Shown in pieces: positions 26,698-38,411 of a DNA stretch of 64,000 nucleotides. How positions within the stretch are numbered: the first letter of the stretch is position 1; the number at the start of each line of letters is the position of its first letter. The translations under genes were made by a program, and so were the position numbers. Source of the DNA: Macrostomum lignano (taxonomy: Eukaryota); contig NIVC01000390.1 of assembly GCA_002269645.1 (NCBI GenBank), forward strand, positions 62,001-126,000, given 5' to 3'. Below the pieces are notes generated by a model that searched no databases, was not told where the DNA came from, and was given only the letters and a program-made list of their open reading frames with translations.

Positions 26698-27034
26698 GTA
26701 CGTGTTCAGCACCAGCTCCCTGGGCCTGTTCAACATCAACTTGCTGACCGGCCTGTCAGCCCTGCGCTGCCGCATGGTGACCCGCAACAAGCCGTTCGGC
26801 AGAGCGCAAGTCCTGGTCCTCGTCTGTCTCTCCGCCGTGGTTGCCGCAGCCTGGAGCCTCCCGCCGATGTTCGACGTCGCCGGAGTCCGCCGAGTCGGTC
26901 ACGTGGCCGCCTGCGATCTGGACTGGGAGGGCAACCGGACCCGCGACAAAGTCTACCTGGGCGGCCTGTTGACTGCCGAGTTTTTGCTGCCCCTGGCTGT
27001 CATTGTCGGCTCCTATGTGGCCATCTTTGCGCAC
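26698..27034 (+). CDS. Opsin, exon 2 (TM3-TM5)
   Basis: In frame after phase 2. YVFSTSSLGLFNINLLTGLSALRC, WSLPPMF, ACDLDW (Cys187) and FLLPLAVIVGSY. GTGAGC donor, phase 0. The acceptor is purine-rich (aaaaag). Confidence 0.85.
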
Positions 27035-27057
27035 GTGAGCTGCCGGTGTAGCGTGTC

Positions 27058-28170
27058 CGCTGAGGCAGAGGGGTGGGGTGCTGAGGCAGAAGGATGGGTG
27101 CTGAGGCAGAGGGGTGGGTGCTGAGGCAGAGGGGTGTGTCTGCTGAGGCAGAGGGGTGGGGTGCTGAGGCAGAGGGGTGGGGTGCTGAGGCAGAGGGGTG
27201 GAGTGCTGAGGCAGAGGGGTGGGGTGCTGAGGCAGAGGGGTGGAGTGCTGAGGCAGAGGGGTGGGTGCTGAGGCAGAGGGATGGGTGCTGAGGCAGAGGG
27301 ATGGGTGCTGAGGCAGAGGGGTGGGGTGCTAAGGCAGAGGGTGGGTGCTGAGGCAGAGGGGTGGGTGCTGAGGCAGAGGGTGGAGTGCTGAGGCAGAGGG
27401 GTGGGTGCTGAGGCAGAGGGTGGAGTGCTGAGGCAGAGGGGTGGGGTGCTGAGGCAGAGGGGTGGGTGCTGAGGCAGAGGGGTGGGTGCTGAGGCAGAGG
27501 GTGGAGTGCTGAGGCAGAGGGGTGGGGTGCTGAGGCAGAGGGGTGGGTGCTGAGGCAGAGGGGTGGGTGCTGAGGCAGAGGGGTGGGTGCTGAGGCAGAG
27601 GGGTGTGTCTGCTGAGGCAGAGGGGTGTGTCTGCTGAGGCAGAGGGGTGTGTCTGCTGAGGCAGAGGGGTGTGTCTGCTGAGGCAGAGGGGTGGGGTGCT
27701 GAGGCAGAGGGGTGGGGTGCTGAGGTGGAGGGTGGAGTGCTGAGGCAGAAGGGTGTGTCTGCTGAGGCAGAGGGGTGGGGTGCTGAGGCAGAGGGGTGGA
27801 GTGCTGAGGCAGAGGGGTGGGGTGCTGAGGCAGAGGGGTGGAGTGCTGAGGCAGAGGGGTGGGTGCTGAGGCAGAGGGATGGGTGCTGAGGCAGAGGGAT
27901 GGGTGCTGAGGCAGAGGGGTGGGGTGCTAAGGCAGAGGGGTGGGTGCTGAGGCAGAGGGGTGGGTGCTGAGGCAGAGGGTGGAGTGCTGAGGCAGAGGGG
28001 TGTGTCTGCTGAGGCAGAGGGGTGTGTCTGCTGAGGCAGAGGGGTGTGTCTGCTGAGGCAGAGGGGTGGGGTGCTGAGGCAGAGGGGTGGGGTGCTGAGG
28101 TGGAGTGCTGAGGCAGAAGGGTGTGTCTGCTGAGGCAGAAGGGTGGTGCTGAGACAGAGGGAGTGGGGTG
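27058..28170. repeat. 20/21-bp G-rich minisatellite (gctgaggcagaggggtgggt)
   Basis: Opsin intron 2, starting about 25 bp after the donor. Confidence 0.95.
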
Positions 28171-28229
28171 CTTGGGCTTTGCGAGGGATCAGAAATCGCA
28201 GAAATTTTCGCATCAGAACGGAAATTCAA

Positions 28230-28490
28230 GGTTGATAGTCACCTATTGCCACGTGTTGAAGGTCCAGAAGCTCCGCCTGGGTGAAGGCCAGTGACCAATG
28301 AAGACACAGCTGATGCAGACAGATGCGGTCGATGTGCTGATGAAATTTGGAGGCTTGGCAAGGCTGCACTGAGGTGCAGTGCTGATTGGCGCACAGGGGT
28401 GTACTGAATACACTAGCGCTTATGGGAAAGATCCGACCTTCTAGCAGAATCGTCGAATATCTCGACGGTCTGGAGGACTGGCAACTTGAT
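28230..28490 (-). mobile_element. Dispersed repeat, copy 1 (possible LINE 3' end)
   Basis: About 250 bp similar to 36765-37010. Minus strand reads ..RRDIRRFC*KVGSFP* followed by UTR-like sequence. Confidence 0.4.
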
Positions 28491-28601
28491 TCTTATTTGA
28501 GGAGTTGCGCAATAAAAAGTTAGCCCGTGTACTTGAAATTCGCGTTGCTCAGTTCCGGCGCAGCAAAAAAAAATTGTCTGGTCCCCCCCACGGTAGTTCT
28601 A

Positions 28602-28605
<4 letters not shown>

Positions 28606-28652
<47 letters not shown>

Positions 28653-29027
28653 ACGCACACACACACATACACACAACAAGAAACAAGATCAAAATAGGAA
28701 ATAAAGAAAAAACGTACAGGGTTAAAGAGAGTCAGAGAGAATCGGAGAGAGTCAGAGAGAATCGGAGAGAGTCAGAGAGAATCGGAGAGTCAGAGAGAAT
28801 CGGAGAGAGTCAGAGAGAATCGGAGAGAGTCAGAGAGAATCGGAGAGAGTCAGGGAGAATCGGAGAGTCAGAGAGAATCGGAGAGAGTCAGAGAGAATTG
28901 GAGAGTCAGGGAGAATCGGAGAGAGTCAGAGAGAATCGGAGAGAGTCAGAGAGAATCGGAGAGAGTCAGAGAGAATCGGAGAGAGTCAGAGAGAATCGGA
29001 GAGAGTCAGAGAGAATCGGAGAAATAT
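28606..29027 (-). mobile_element. TSD-flanked composite insertion: (CT)n-(CA)n, unique linker, 20-bp minisatellite
   Basis: Perfect 14-bp direct repeat ggtagttctactgt at 28592-28605 and 29028-29041. A second copy of the composite lies at about 25761-26638. Confidence 0.65.
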
Positions 29028-30257
29028 GGTAGTTCTACTGTTAATCCGCATATAGGCCGGCAGCCAGCTTGTTGTCAGGGCTGGCCTTTTTTAAAATGCA
29101 ATTTCAGACAATAAAAAGCAAGCCGGATTAGGCAAGGCTAGAAAGAGAGACAGGATCGGTTTAAATTAAGCGCTGAAGTGAGGCCCGGAATTTCCCTTTC
29201 ATCCTCATTCAGCTGTAGACAGACAGGCTGGATGCAGTGCGAGTGGGACAAGCAACGATTAGAAATCATTGCCTCTTAGTCCAGCTTTTTTAATAAAAAA
29301 CTGTCTGGACCGCAGCAAATACTGAATAAAATCTGCAACTGGCAGCTGGGAATGGGAAGAGAATTTCATTTTCAGAAGTCATGTATTATTAGCTGCAAGT
29401 CATGCGCAAAGTTTGCTTAAAAAACTGTGAGGACCCTGATAGGAACACTGCTCTCAGTTTCTGCTCCTCGCTACGGTTGCACCTGCAGAAGCCCTCATAT
29501 AAGTCCTTCCAACCTTACTCATCTATCCTCGTATTTTTATTGGGTTGAGTTCTATTTTCTATCACATCGTGCATGGAATACTAAACCTAGGACTTACATC
29601 CGGATTGGAAACTGTTTGTTGATTTATTCAAATTTTCTGGCCACCTCCTGATTTTTTGAGTGAAAGAAAGTCAATTAATCCTTACTGGGTGCAAAAAGAT
29701 AAACTTTACTGCAGTTTCCAGTCCAGATTCTATGCGTAGAATAAGTGCATGGATTGCGCTGCAGTTTCCAGTCCAGATACTACACGCAGCATAGACGAAT
29801 AGTCCATGGTTTTGTAGACGATGAACAGTTTCCAAATCCAAAGCCTGTTAATTTGTCGCAAGCCTGGCAAACAGATCAAGGTCTCCAATCATATGGGCTT
29901 CCGTGTGTGAAATTGATCTTGTTTTCCCACTGTTTTCTGTCCATCTTTTGCCTAATTAGCTATGAGCATGAGCAGTCCTTCAGTCATTAGTTTCGAGCAG
30001 ATGGGGCTCATAGAGTTGGCAAACCGGACTGAAGCCTCAGCCATCATCATTAGTTATTCTTAATGAACTTTAGGAGAGAATTTATAATACAAGCTAGGAA
30101 AAATAACTGAGAATCAGGAATAATGACTCAAAATGGTAAATGATCATTGAGAATCACAGATACTCACTGTGAATTATTGGTAATCTATGGGAATAATATA
30201 CTAACATTAATGATCATCAAGAGTGATTGAAAACCTTGAGTGATGATTAATCCAAGA

Positions 30258-31942
30258 TCATTAGGAGTCACTGAGAATCATTGAGGATCATTAGAGGAGT
30301 CACTGAGAATCATTGAGGATCATTAGAGGAGTCACTGGGAATCATTGAGGATCATTAGAGGAGTCACTGAGAATCATTGAGGATCATTAGAGGAGTCACT
30401 GAGAATCATTGAGGATCATTAGAGGAGTCACTGAGAATCATTGAGGATCATTAGAGGAGTCACTGAGAATCATTGAGGATCATTAGAGGAGTCACTGGGA
30501 ATCATTGAGGATCATTAGAGGAGTCACTGGGAATCATTGAGGATCATTAGAGGAGTCACTGAGAATCATTGAGGATCATTAGAGGAGTCACTGAGAATCA
30601 TTGAGGATCATTAGAGGAGTCACTGGGAATCATTGAGGATCATTAGAGGAGTCACTGAGAATCATTGAGGATCATTAGAGGAGTCACTGGGAATCATTGA
30701 GGATCATTAGAGGAGTCACTGAGAATCATTGAGGATCATTAGAGGAGTCACTAAGAATCATTGCGGATCATTAGGAATCACTGAGAATCATTGCGGATCA
30801 TTACCGGTAGGAGTCACTGAGAATCATTGCGGATCATTAGGAGTCACTGAGAATCATTGCGGATCATTAGGAATCACTGAGAATCACTGAGGATCATTAA
30901 CCGTAGGAGTCACTGAGAATCATTGAGGATCATTAGAGGAGTCACTGGGAATCATTGAGGATCATTAGAGGAGTCACTGAGAATCATTGAGGATCATTAG
31001 AGGAGTCACTGAGAATCATTGAGGATCATTAGAGGAGTCACTGAGAATCATTGAGGATCATTAGAGGAGTCACTGAGAATCATTGAGGATCATTAGAGGA
31101 GTCACTGGGAATCATTGAGGATCATTAGAGGAGTCACTGGGAATCATTGAGGATCATTAGAGGAGTCACTGAGAATCATTGAGGATCATTAGAGGAGTCA
31201 CTGAGAATCATTGAGGATCATTAGAGGAGTCACTGGGAATCATTGAGGATCATTAGAGGAGTCACTGAGAATCATTGAGGATCATTAGAGGAGTCACTGG
31301 GAATCATTGAGGATCATTAGAGGAGTCACTGAGAATCATTGAGGATCATTAGAGGAGTCACTAAGAATCATTGCGGATCATTAGGAATCACTGAGAATCA
31401 TTGCGGATCATTACCGGTAGGAGTCACTGAGAATCATTGCGGATCATTAGGAGTCACTGAGAATCATTGCGGATCATTAGGAATCACTGAGAATCACTGA
31501 GGATCATTAACCGTAGGAGTCACTGAGAATCATTGAGGATCATTAGGAGTCACTGAGAATCATTGCGGATCATTAGGAGTCACTGAGAATCATTGAGGAT
31601 CATTACCCGTAGGAGTCACTGAGAATCATTGAGGATCATTACCCGTAGGAGTCACTGAGAATCATTGAGGATCATTACCCGTAGGAGTCACTGAGAATCA
31701 TTGAGGATCATTACCCGTAGGAGTCACTGAGAATCATTGAGGATCATTACCCGTAGGAGTCACTGAGAATCATTGAGGAGCATTACCCGTAGGAGTCACT
31801 GAGAATCATTGAGGAGCATTACCCGTAGGAGTCACTAAGAATCATTGCGGATCATTAACCGTAGGAGTCACTGAGAATCATTGAGGATCATTAGGAGTCA
31901 CTGAGAATCATTGAGGATCATTACCCGTAGGAGTCACTGAGA
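30258..31942. repeat. 32-bp minisatellite with a ~610-bp higher-order duplication
   Basis: Unit aggagtcactgagaatcattgaggatcattag. A diagnostic variant block recurs at 30751 and 31361. Confidence 0.95.
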
Positions 31943-31986
31943 GTGAGGATCACAGAATCAAACCGTCGCCGCTCCCTCCCCCGCAG

Positions 31987-32080
31987 ATCCGCAGACACCG
32001 CAGCTCAATCGTGTCAACCTCCAGCGGCAATCAGGCCAGGCGTGATCGCCAGTTCGTCATTCACGTGCTGGCCATCATCG
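31987..32080 (+). CDS. Opsin, exon 3 (ICL3 and start of TM6; absent from ORF track)
   Basis: cccgcag acceptor, phase 0. IRRHRSSIVSTSSGNQARRDRQFVIHVLAII. GTGAGC donor in phase 1 matches exon 4. Confidence 0.8.
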
Positions 32081-32479
32081 GTGAGCTGGTTTTGTAAATT
32101 GGTCGCCTCTCACGGGATCAGAGACAAAGTATTTGGGACAGCAATTATTTCCTTATAAACGCTTACAAACATCGGAAGTGGGAGATTCTCATTAGAGCTT
32201 GTGGGGGCTGAGTCGAGCAGATCCCCTAATCTGAATGGAGACATCCGAGTCACGAATCGGATTGGCAAACTGAAGGTGTGCCGTCCACATCGAGAGTCGC
32301 TTAATGAGCACCGACTTCAAAAGATAATTGCAGCTTGTTTTTTCAGTTGAAAAAAACTCGTGAATCACTTTAACATGAGCTTGTAAGCCCTTGCTTCATC
32401 AAAATGGCCCGAGCTCCCGTTTCTATGCAGAAGCTGGCTTGAGGCGTCCATTCTCGGGCCCTAAGAACCCATGCTCCAT

Positions 32480-33175
32480 CTTTCTGTACAGCCTTAGGAC
32501 CTAGACCATAGAAACCCAGCTCCGTCTCTCTGTACAGCTTTAGGACTTAGACCATAGAACTCCAGCTCCGTCTTTTTGTACATGTACATCCCAGGACTTA
32601 GACCATAAAACCCCAGTTCCGTCTCTCTGTACACACCAGGACTTAGACCATAGAACCCCAACCTCTGTCTCTCTGTACATACCAGGACTTAGACCATAGA
32701 ACTCCACCTCTGTCTCTCTGTACATACCAGGACTTAGACCATAGAACCCCACCTCTGTCTCTCTGTACACACCAGGACTTAGACCATAGAACCCCACCTC
32801 TGTCTCTCTGTACATACCAGGACTTAGACCATAGAACCCCAACCTCTGTCTCTCTGTACATACCAGGACTTAGACCATAGAACCCCACCTCTGTCTCTCT
32901 GTACACACCAGGACTTAGACCATAGAACCCCACCTCTGTCTCTCTGTACACACCAGGACTTAGACCATAGAACCCCACCTCTGTCTCTCTGTACATACCA
33001 GGACTTAGACCATAGAACCCCACCTCTGTCTCTCTGTACATACCAGGACTTAGACCATAGAACCCCACCTCTGTCTCTCTGTACATACCAGGACTTAGAC
33101 CATAGAACCCCACCTCTGTCTCTCTGTACATACCAGGACTTAGACCATAGAACTCCACCTCTGTCTCTCTGTACC
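32480..33175. repeat. 45-bp minisatellite
   Basis: ccaggacttagaccatagaaccccacctctgtctctctgtacata. Confidence 0.95.
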
Positions 33176-33944
33176 GCCCACTCTGCGACCGGCACTCCGC
33201 CTCCATCCCGCAATCGATCTGCCTGTATTTGAGCTTCAGGCAAAGGAAACTAAATTGGGTTTCCCAATTGATTGCACAGATAAAGCAGCTACCACTTAAA
33301 TCAAACAGCGTGACGCTTTTAAGCGATACTTTTCAATTAAAAAAAATTAAAATCGACGTTTTAAATAAAATAACTGCGAAAAGCGAAGCTTTCTGAGGAA
33401 GATCTATCGACTGATTCGCCGTAACGAGTTTTAAAAATAAAATTAGCAAATTCCGCGTCGAATTAAATGGATTGAATTTTAATTTCATTTTTACGTCTGT
33501 AAATAGGACAGATAACTCAATGGCACACTGAATAGAAAACATGGTTCTAGTGGATCATTTTTGACAACTCGAATCTCCCTTTTCGCTGAAAGATGCAGAA
33601 TATACAGTATATAGATAGACATGAAAAATTGAAAGCCTATGTACTCGTGCAATAAACACAGGTTGGGCCATAAGACAACACACAATTCCCTGACAGACAA
33701 GACAAGAAAGCCTAGAATTTGACACTTAAACTTGCAATTTAAGGCCACAAAGTTTTGTCAAAGGCTGAGAGCCTGCATAATTCCAAGAAAGCGACTTTGC
33801 ATGGTTATAGTGAGCCTTCAGTTAAGTGCAGCGACAGACCATGGAATTAGCAGTAGAAGTGTTCAGTGATCGCTTGTCAGACTCGCCACTTGTTACCGGT
33901 AAGCCTATCAAGTGGAGAGCCCCCACTAGCTGTAGCAGCAGCCA

Positions 33945-34190
33945 CTGCCACAGAACTGCACTCGGCCATAGACAATAAAGCCGATCAAGGCCACTGCCAC
34001 AGAACTGCACTCGGCCATAGACAATAAAGCCAATACGCACTCGGCCATAGACAATAAAGCCAATACGCACTTGGCCATAGACAATAAAGCCGATCAAAGC
34101 CACTGCCACAGAACTGCACTCGGCCATAGACAGTAAAGCCAATCAAAGCCACTGCCACAGAACTGCACTCGGCCATAGACAATAAAGCCG
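33945..34190. repeat. Irregular tandem repeat (gcactcggccatagacaataaagcc core)
   Basis: Direct inspection. Confidence 0.85.
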
Positions 34191-36764
34191 ACAGGGCTCC
34201 GACAGGCTGTGGAGAAGACAAAAGTCGAAAAAGTGGCTCAAATTAGCAATCAATGGTATTCTTTCTGCCAAAGTTAGCCTACGTCAAGGAGTTCTATAAT
34301 TAGCATCTGGAATGGAAACGAGTTTTTCAATTTAGGCTCCTTGTAATATAGACAACCCAACAAAAGAATTTCAGAACAGAAATGATTTGTCCTTTGGTGT
34401 TGCGACTCCTTTGAATTTGTTCGGACATTTGAAATCGGTGCAAATCAGTCCTTCTCTTAAGCCGCTCAGAATGAAAAAAATGCGTTAAAACCACAGAGTC
34501 ATGGTCATTCAATGCTGGGCCTCATTTCGTAAATTCTTTTTGTTTTCATTTTCTCTTTCCACCCCAGATGCTTATTATAGAAAAATATTTGATCTACGTG
34601 AGTTCTTTTCATTGAAGTTTAGTAATTGACATTCAATATTAGGCAAGTTCAGATTATTTAATAATGCCAAGGAGAACTTTAATTAAAATTCTGGAATCTG
34701 AAATTGTCATTAGGACCAGTCCACGTCTCCTTGGCCTTATCCATAAAGCGTGAATCAAGCCATCCGAATAACTATGCAAGAGATGCGAAGAAATTTAATC
34801 TTCTTAGAGTGTGGAAGAAAGTTTATTAGCTAACCCCCTTCCCAGAAAGAAAGTCAATTACTGCGGGGTCAGGTTGCCAGGGGCAGGCCCGAACTCAGTG
34901 CTTGCCGCTACGGCGTTGACTGTGGCGGATGCGCGCATAGGAAGCGTCGGTCCCCGGACTCAAACAGCTTCAGCAGCTCTGCTTTAGCTAGACTTTTCAA
35001 GATACTTAGAAAATATTTGAAGGCCGGCTTCCAATATAATAAATGCTACAGAGATTTTAAGACAAGTTCATAGAGTGAAGGCATGATTATTCATTTGGTT
35101 CCCGCGTCTGTTTCCTTCTAATTATTGGTGACCATGTGGTTAAACAAAATATTTGCACAACATTGAGTCATCTAGGATAAACTGCTTACTATGAAGGCTC
35201 TGGAGAATTAGCAAATCAATAAAATTGGAAAGTGCCTCTATCCGCAGGCATCGTTATTTTTGCGTGTAGAGACAAGCTTTCAAAGATTTCACCCTCAAAG
35301 ATTCTCTAAGAAAGGAAGTCCCCCGTCCTACGAGAACTCGAGAGACGTCTTTGCCGGGACGGACTCAAGCTCCAGAAGTGCCTTTGCTCAGCTAGGGGAT
35401 GCACTCGTGCGTTGCTTCCTCTGTTCTCATTATGCTTTCTGTATTTCTGTGATCCTGGAGCCGAGAAACAAAGTAGATATTTCCATGCAGACTTTACTCT
35501 GACGAGCCAAGCACAGACTAGAAAAGCTGCCTTATCTAACGCCACAAAACTCCTTTGTTAAGCAGAGTTAGGGTTCAGACTTTTTCAATAAGCTCTGAGA
35601 CCAACCGCCCACAGCCTCCTTTGCGAACTGACTGGCTAACCAACCTGCTCTTGCACACTTCTGTAAGTCATCATGCCATTGTTTAGGATGGACTGGTAAC
35701 TCCGTACATTTATCCCTACCCCTGCCCTTCATGGCATCAAGCTTGCAGCTCTTGATTCAACCTTCACTCCGACAGTTGACTCATGCGAGTACAAAACATC
35801 CGGTAATTGCGGTAATTGCAATTTTACCACCCATTTTGATCACGGTTTGCTGGGAAATGCACTATAATTTGCTTTGGTAGTGAGCCCTGCAGCAGAGCAG
35901 GGAATTCCTTGCTAAGATAGCCACCTGATAGCGCCACGCTGCTGAGGTGGAGAGATCCGATAATCCAGTTTTCTTGAAGGCCGAACTCTCGCTCATCAAC
36001 AGCAGCTGGTGACATTATCAGGTCTAATAAGCAGGTGGAAGCAACCCGAGCTTGAGCAAGGCAATGCAGTATGCGCCTGATTGCAAAAGTTTTTCTTGTT
36101 AGCCGCATCTGCTTCAACTCGCAGTCCCCAGTCATTATTTGCGCTATCCGAAATTTAATTCCAAGCCTGAAAAGATTCGAGAATTTTTTTCCCAGAATAA
36201 GAAAACAAGGCAGAGGAGTAGGACTCAGTCTAGACTGCGAGAAACTTCTGTCGGCGGAGAAGGTTTCAGTTATCAATTTTTTAATCACGATCATTGCTGC
36301 GGGCACGATAAAAAATCCGATTGACGCAAATGAAACACGAACTGAAGCCCCCAAATCCCCGGTTTACATGGCCTGAGCCGGAACCAGCAACCTGTGTAGC
36401 CTAAATTAACGTAATTGACTTTCTCAATTCGCACGAACCAGGCGGGAAGTAAAATTTGATCAGATTTTTTTGAAATAAAAAATGGAAATTTTCCCAACTA
36501 GAAGATTAAAATCTAAGGAAACAGGGCCGCCCGCAGACAGAAGGTGATTCAAAAGTAGAACTACCCAGGAGGAATTCTGCCGGACAACTTTTTGTTGCGC
36601 ACCCTCTCAAACAAAAATCTTGAGTTAAGTTCCACTTGCGCAACAATTTTAACGTGTAAAAATCTCGTTTGGGCGTCCATAGTCCCAGTTGAGGTTGGCC
36701 CACTGTCAAGGCTTGATCAGCGAAACTAGAGTCCTATTTTCTAGTTTCGGTTGGAGCGTCCATG

Positions 36765-37010
36765 ACTCCATAGTCACCTATTGCCACATCTTGAAGGTCC
36801 AGAAGCTCCGCCCGGGTGAAGACCAGGGACCAATGAAGCCAGAGCTGATGCAGACAGATGCGGTCGACGTGCTGATGAAATTTGGAGGCTTGGCAAGGCT
36901 GCACTGAGGCGCAGTGCTGAGTGGCACACAGGGGTGTACTGAATACACTAGCGCTTATGGGATAAATCCGACCTTCTGGCAGAATCGTCGAATATCTTTG
37001 AAGGTTCGAA
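36765..37010 (-). mobile_element. Dispersed repeat, copy 2 (possible LINE 3' end)
   Basis: Homologous to 28230-28490. Minus strand reads ..FKDIRRFCQKVGFIP* followed by the shared tail. Confidence 0.4.
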
Positions 37011-37494
37011 ACAAAAAGAAATTTTTCTTGAAATTCGCAGCAAAAATTTATCAAGGGGAATTTCCGCCTTAGTAGATATTGCTACTGTAAACACCAGCTG
37101 TAGCTTATCAACTTTACCTCCAGTTCCATCGCTCGGGAAAATAAAGTCTCCTATTTTACGGCAAGTTACAGCGCAGAAAAGAACAAAAACCGACGAAGAG
37201 CAAGCAGACGGATTCATCAAGGACTACTTAAGTGGTGCTTTAGTAGAACGACTAGCGGTCCTTGACTGTTACCTGGCCAAGTGCCCATTAGCTTCCTATG
37301 TGCACTGTGCTCTGCAGAGAAAGAGTAGGGGAAGTAACATTAAAAGTACAAACAGTACATTATTCTAGACCAAAACGGACTTTTCAGTGCACGTTCATAT
37401 CCGACTACCAAAAATGCCTACGAAAGCTTCCGATGCACAATGCCCAAAATCTCCCCTAGAACACTTGCTAAATTCCTAAAAATAAGCCCCTTAA

Positions 37495-38012
37495 ATATTC
37501 TTGCTAAAAGCCACCAAAACCCTTGCCAAAAACTCCTAAGAACACTGACTAAAAGCCACCAAAACCCTTGCCAAAAACCCTAAGAGCATTGACTAAAAGC
37601 CACCAAAACCCTTGCCAAAAACCCTAAAAACATTGACTAAAAGAAACCAAAACCCTTGCCAAAAACCCTAAGAGCATTGACTAAAATCCACCAAAACCCT
37701 TGCCAAAAACCCTAAGAACATTGACTAAAAGCCACCAAAACCCTTGCCAAAAACCCTAAGAGCATTGACTAAAAGCCACCAAAACCCTTGCCAAAAACCC
37801 TAAAAACATTGACTAAAAGAAACCAAAACCCTTGCCAAAAACCCTAAGAGCATTGACTAAAATCCACCAAAACCCTTGCCAAAAACCCTAAGAACATTGA
37901 CTAAAAGAAACCAAAACCCTTGCCAAAAACCCTAAGAGCATTGACTAAAATCCACCAAAACCTTGCCAAAAACCCTAAGAACATTGACTAAAAGCCACCA
38001 AAACCCTTGCCA
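37495..38012. repeat. 44-bp minisatellite ending at the opsin exon 4 acceptor
   Basis: ccaaaacccttgccaaaaaccctaagagcattgactaaaagcca. Confidence 0.95.
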
Positions 38013-38013
38013 G

Positions 38014-38411
38014 TGGGCTTCATGGTCTGCTGGACGCCCTACTCAATCCTGGCTGCCTGCAGCCTGCTCAGCCTGCTCCACATTGACAGCGGCCTCTACC
38101 TGGGGCTGTCCACTGCCGCTCTGCTCCTGGCCAAGGCTGGCATGGCCACCTCAGCGCTGGCCTACTTCGCTGTCAACGCCGAATTTCGTTCGGCATTCGC
38201 CTCCACTCCGCTCGGCAAACGACTGGGCTGCGTGCCGGCCAACGCCAACCATGGTGTGTCCATGGCCCAGCAGACCGAGGCTATGGAGCTGCGGCGGGTG
38301 AGAAACCGGAGCGACCAGGACTACAGCAGCAGCAGCGACGAAGACAACGACAAGAAGCCGGCGGACGAGGTGGCTCCCCTGGCCGGAGATGGCGGCAACG
38401 CCACTGCTTAG
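38014..38411 (+). CDS. Opsin, exon 4 (TM6, TM7 with Lys296, helix 8, C-tail)
   Basis: CAG acceptor, phase 1. VGFMVCWTPYS, then LLLAKAGMATSALAY with Lys exactly 10 residues before Tyr306, then NAEFR helix 8. Joined CDS is 1116 nt = 371 aa. Confidence 0.88.

Noticed and set aside
25879-26747. Arg/Glu/Ser-rich coiled-coil-like ORFs (also 28505-29032)
   Set aside because: Products of the stop-poor 20-bp array in opsin introns.
35824-37370. Several 70-180 aa ORFs in opsin intron 3
   Set aside because: No family similarity, no convincing splice sites, and overlapping ORFs on both strands; probably decayed repeats.
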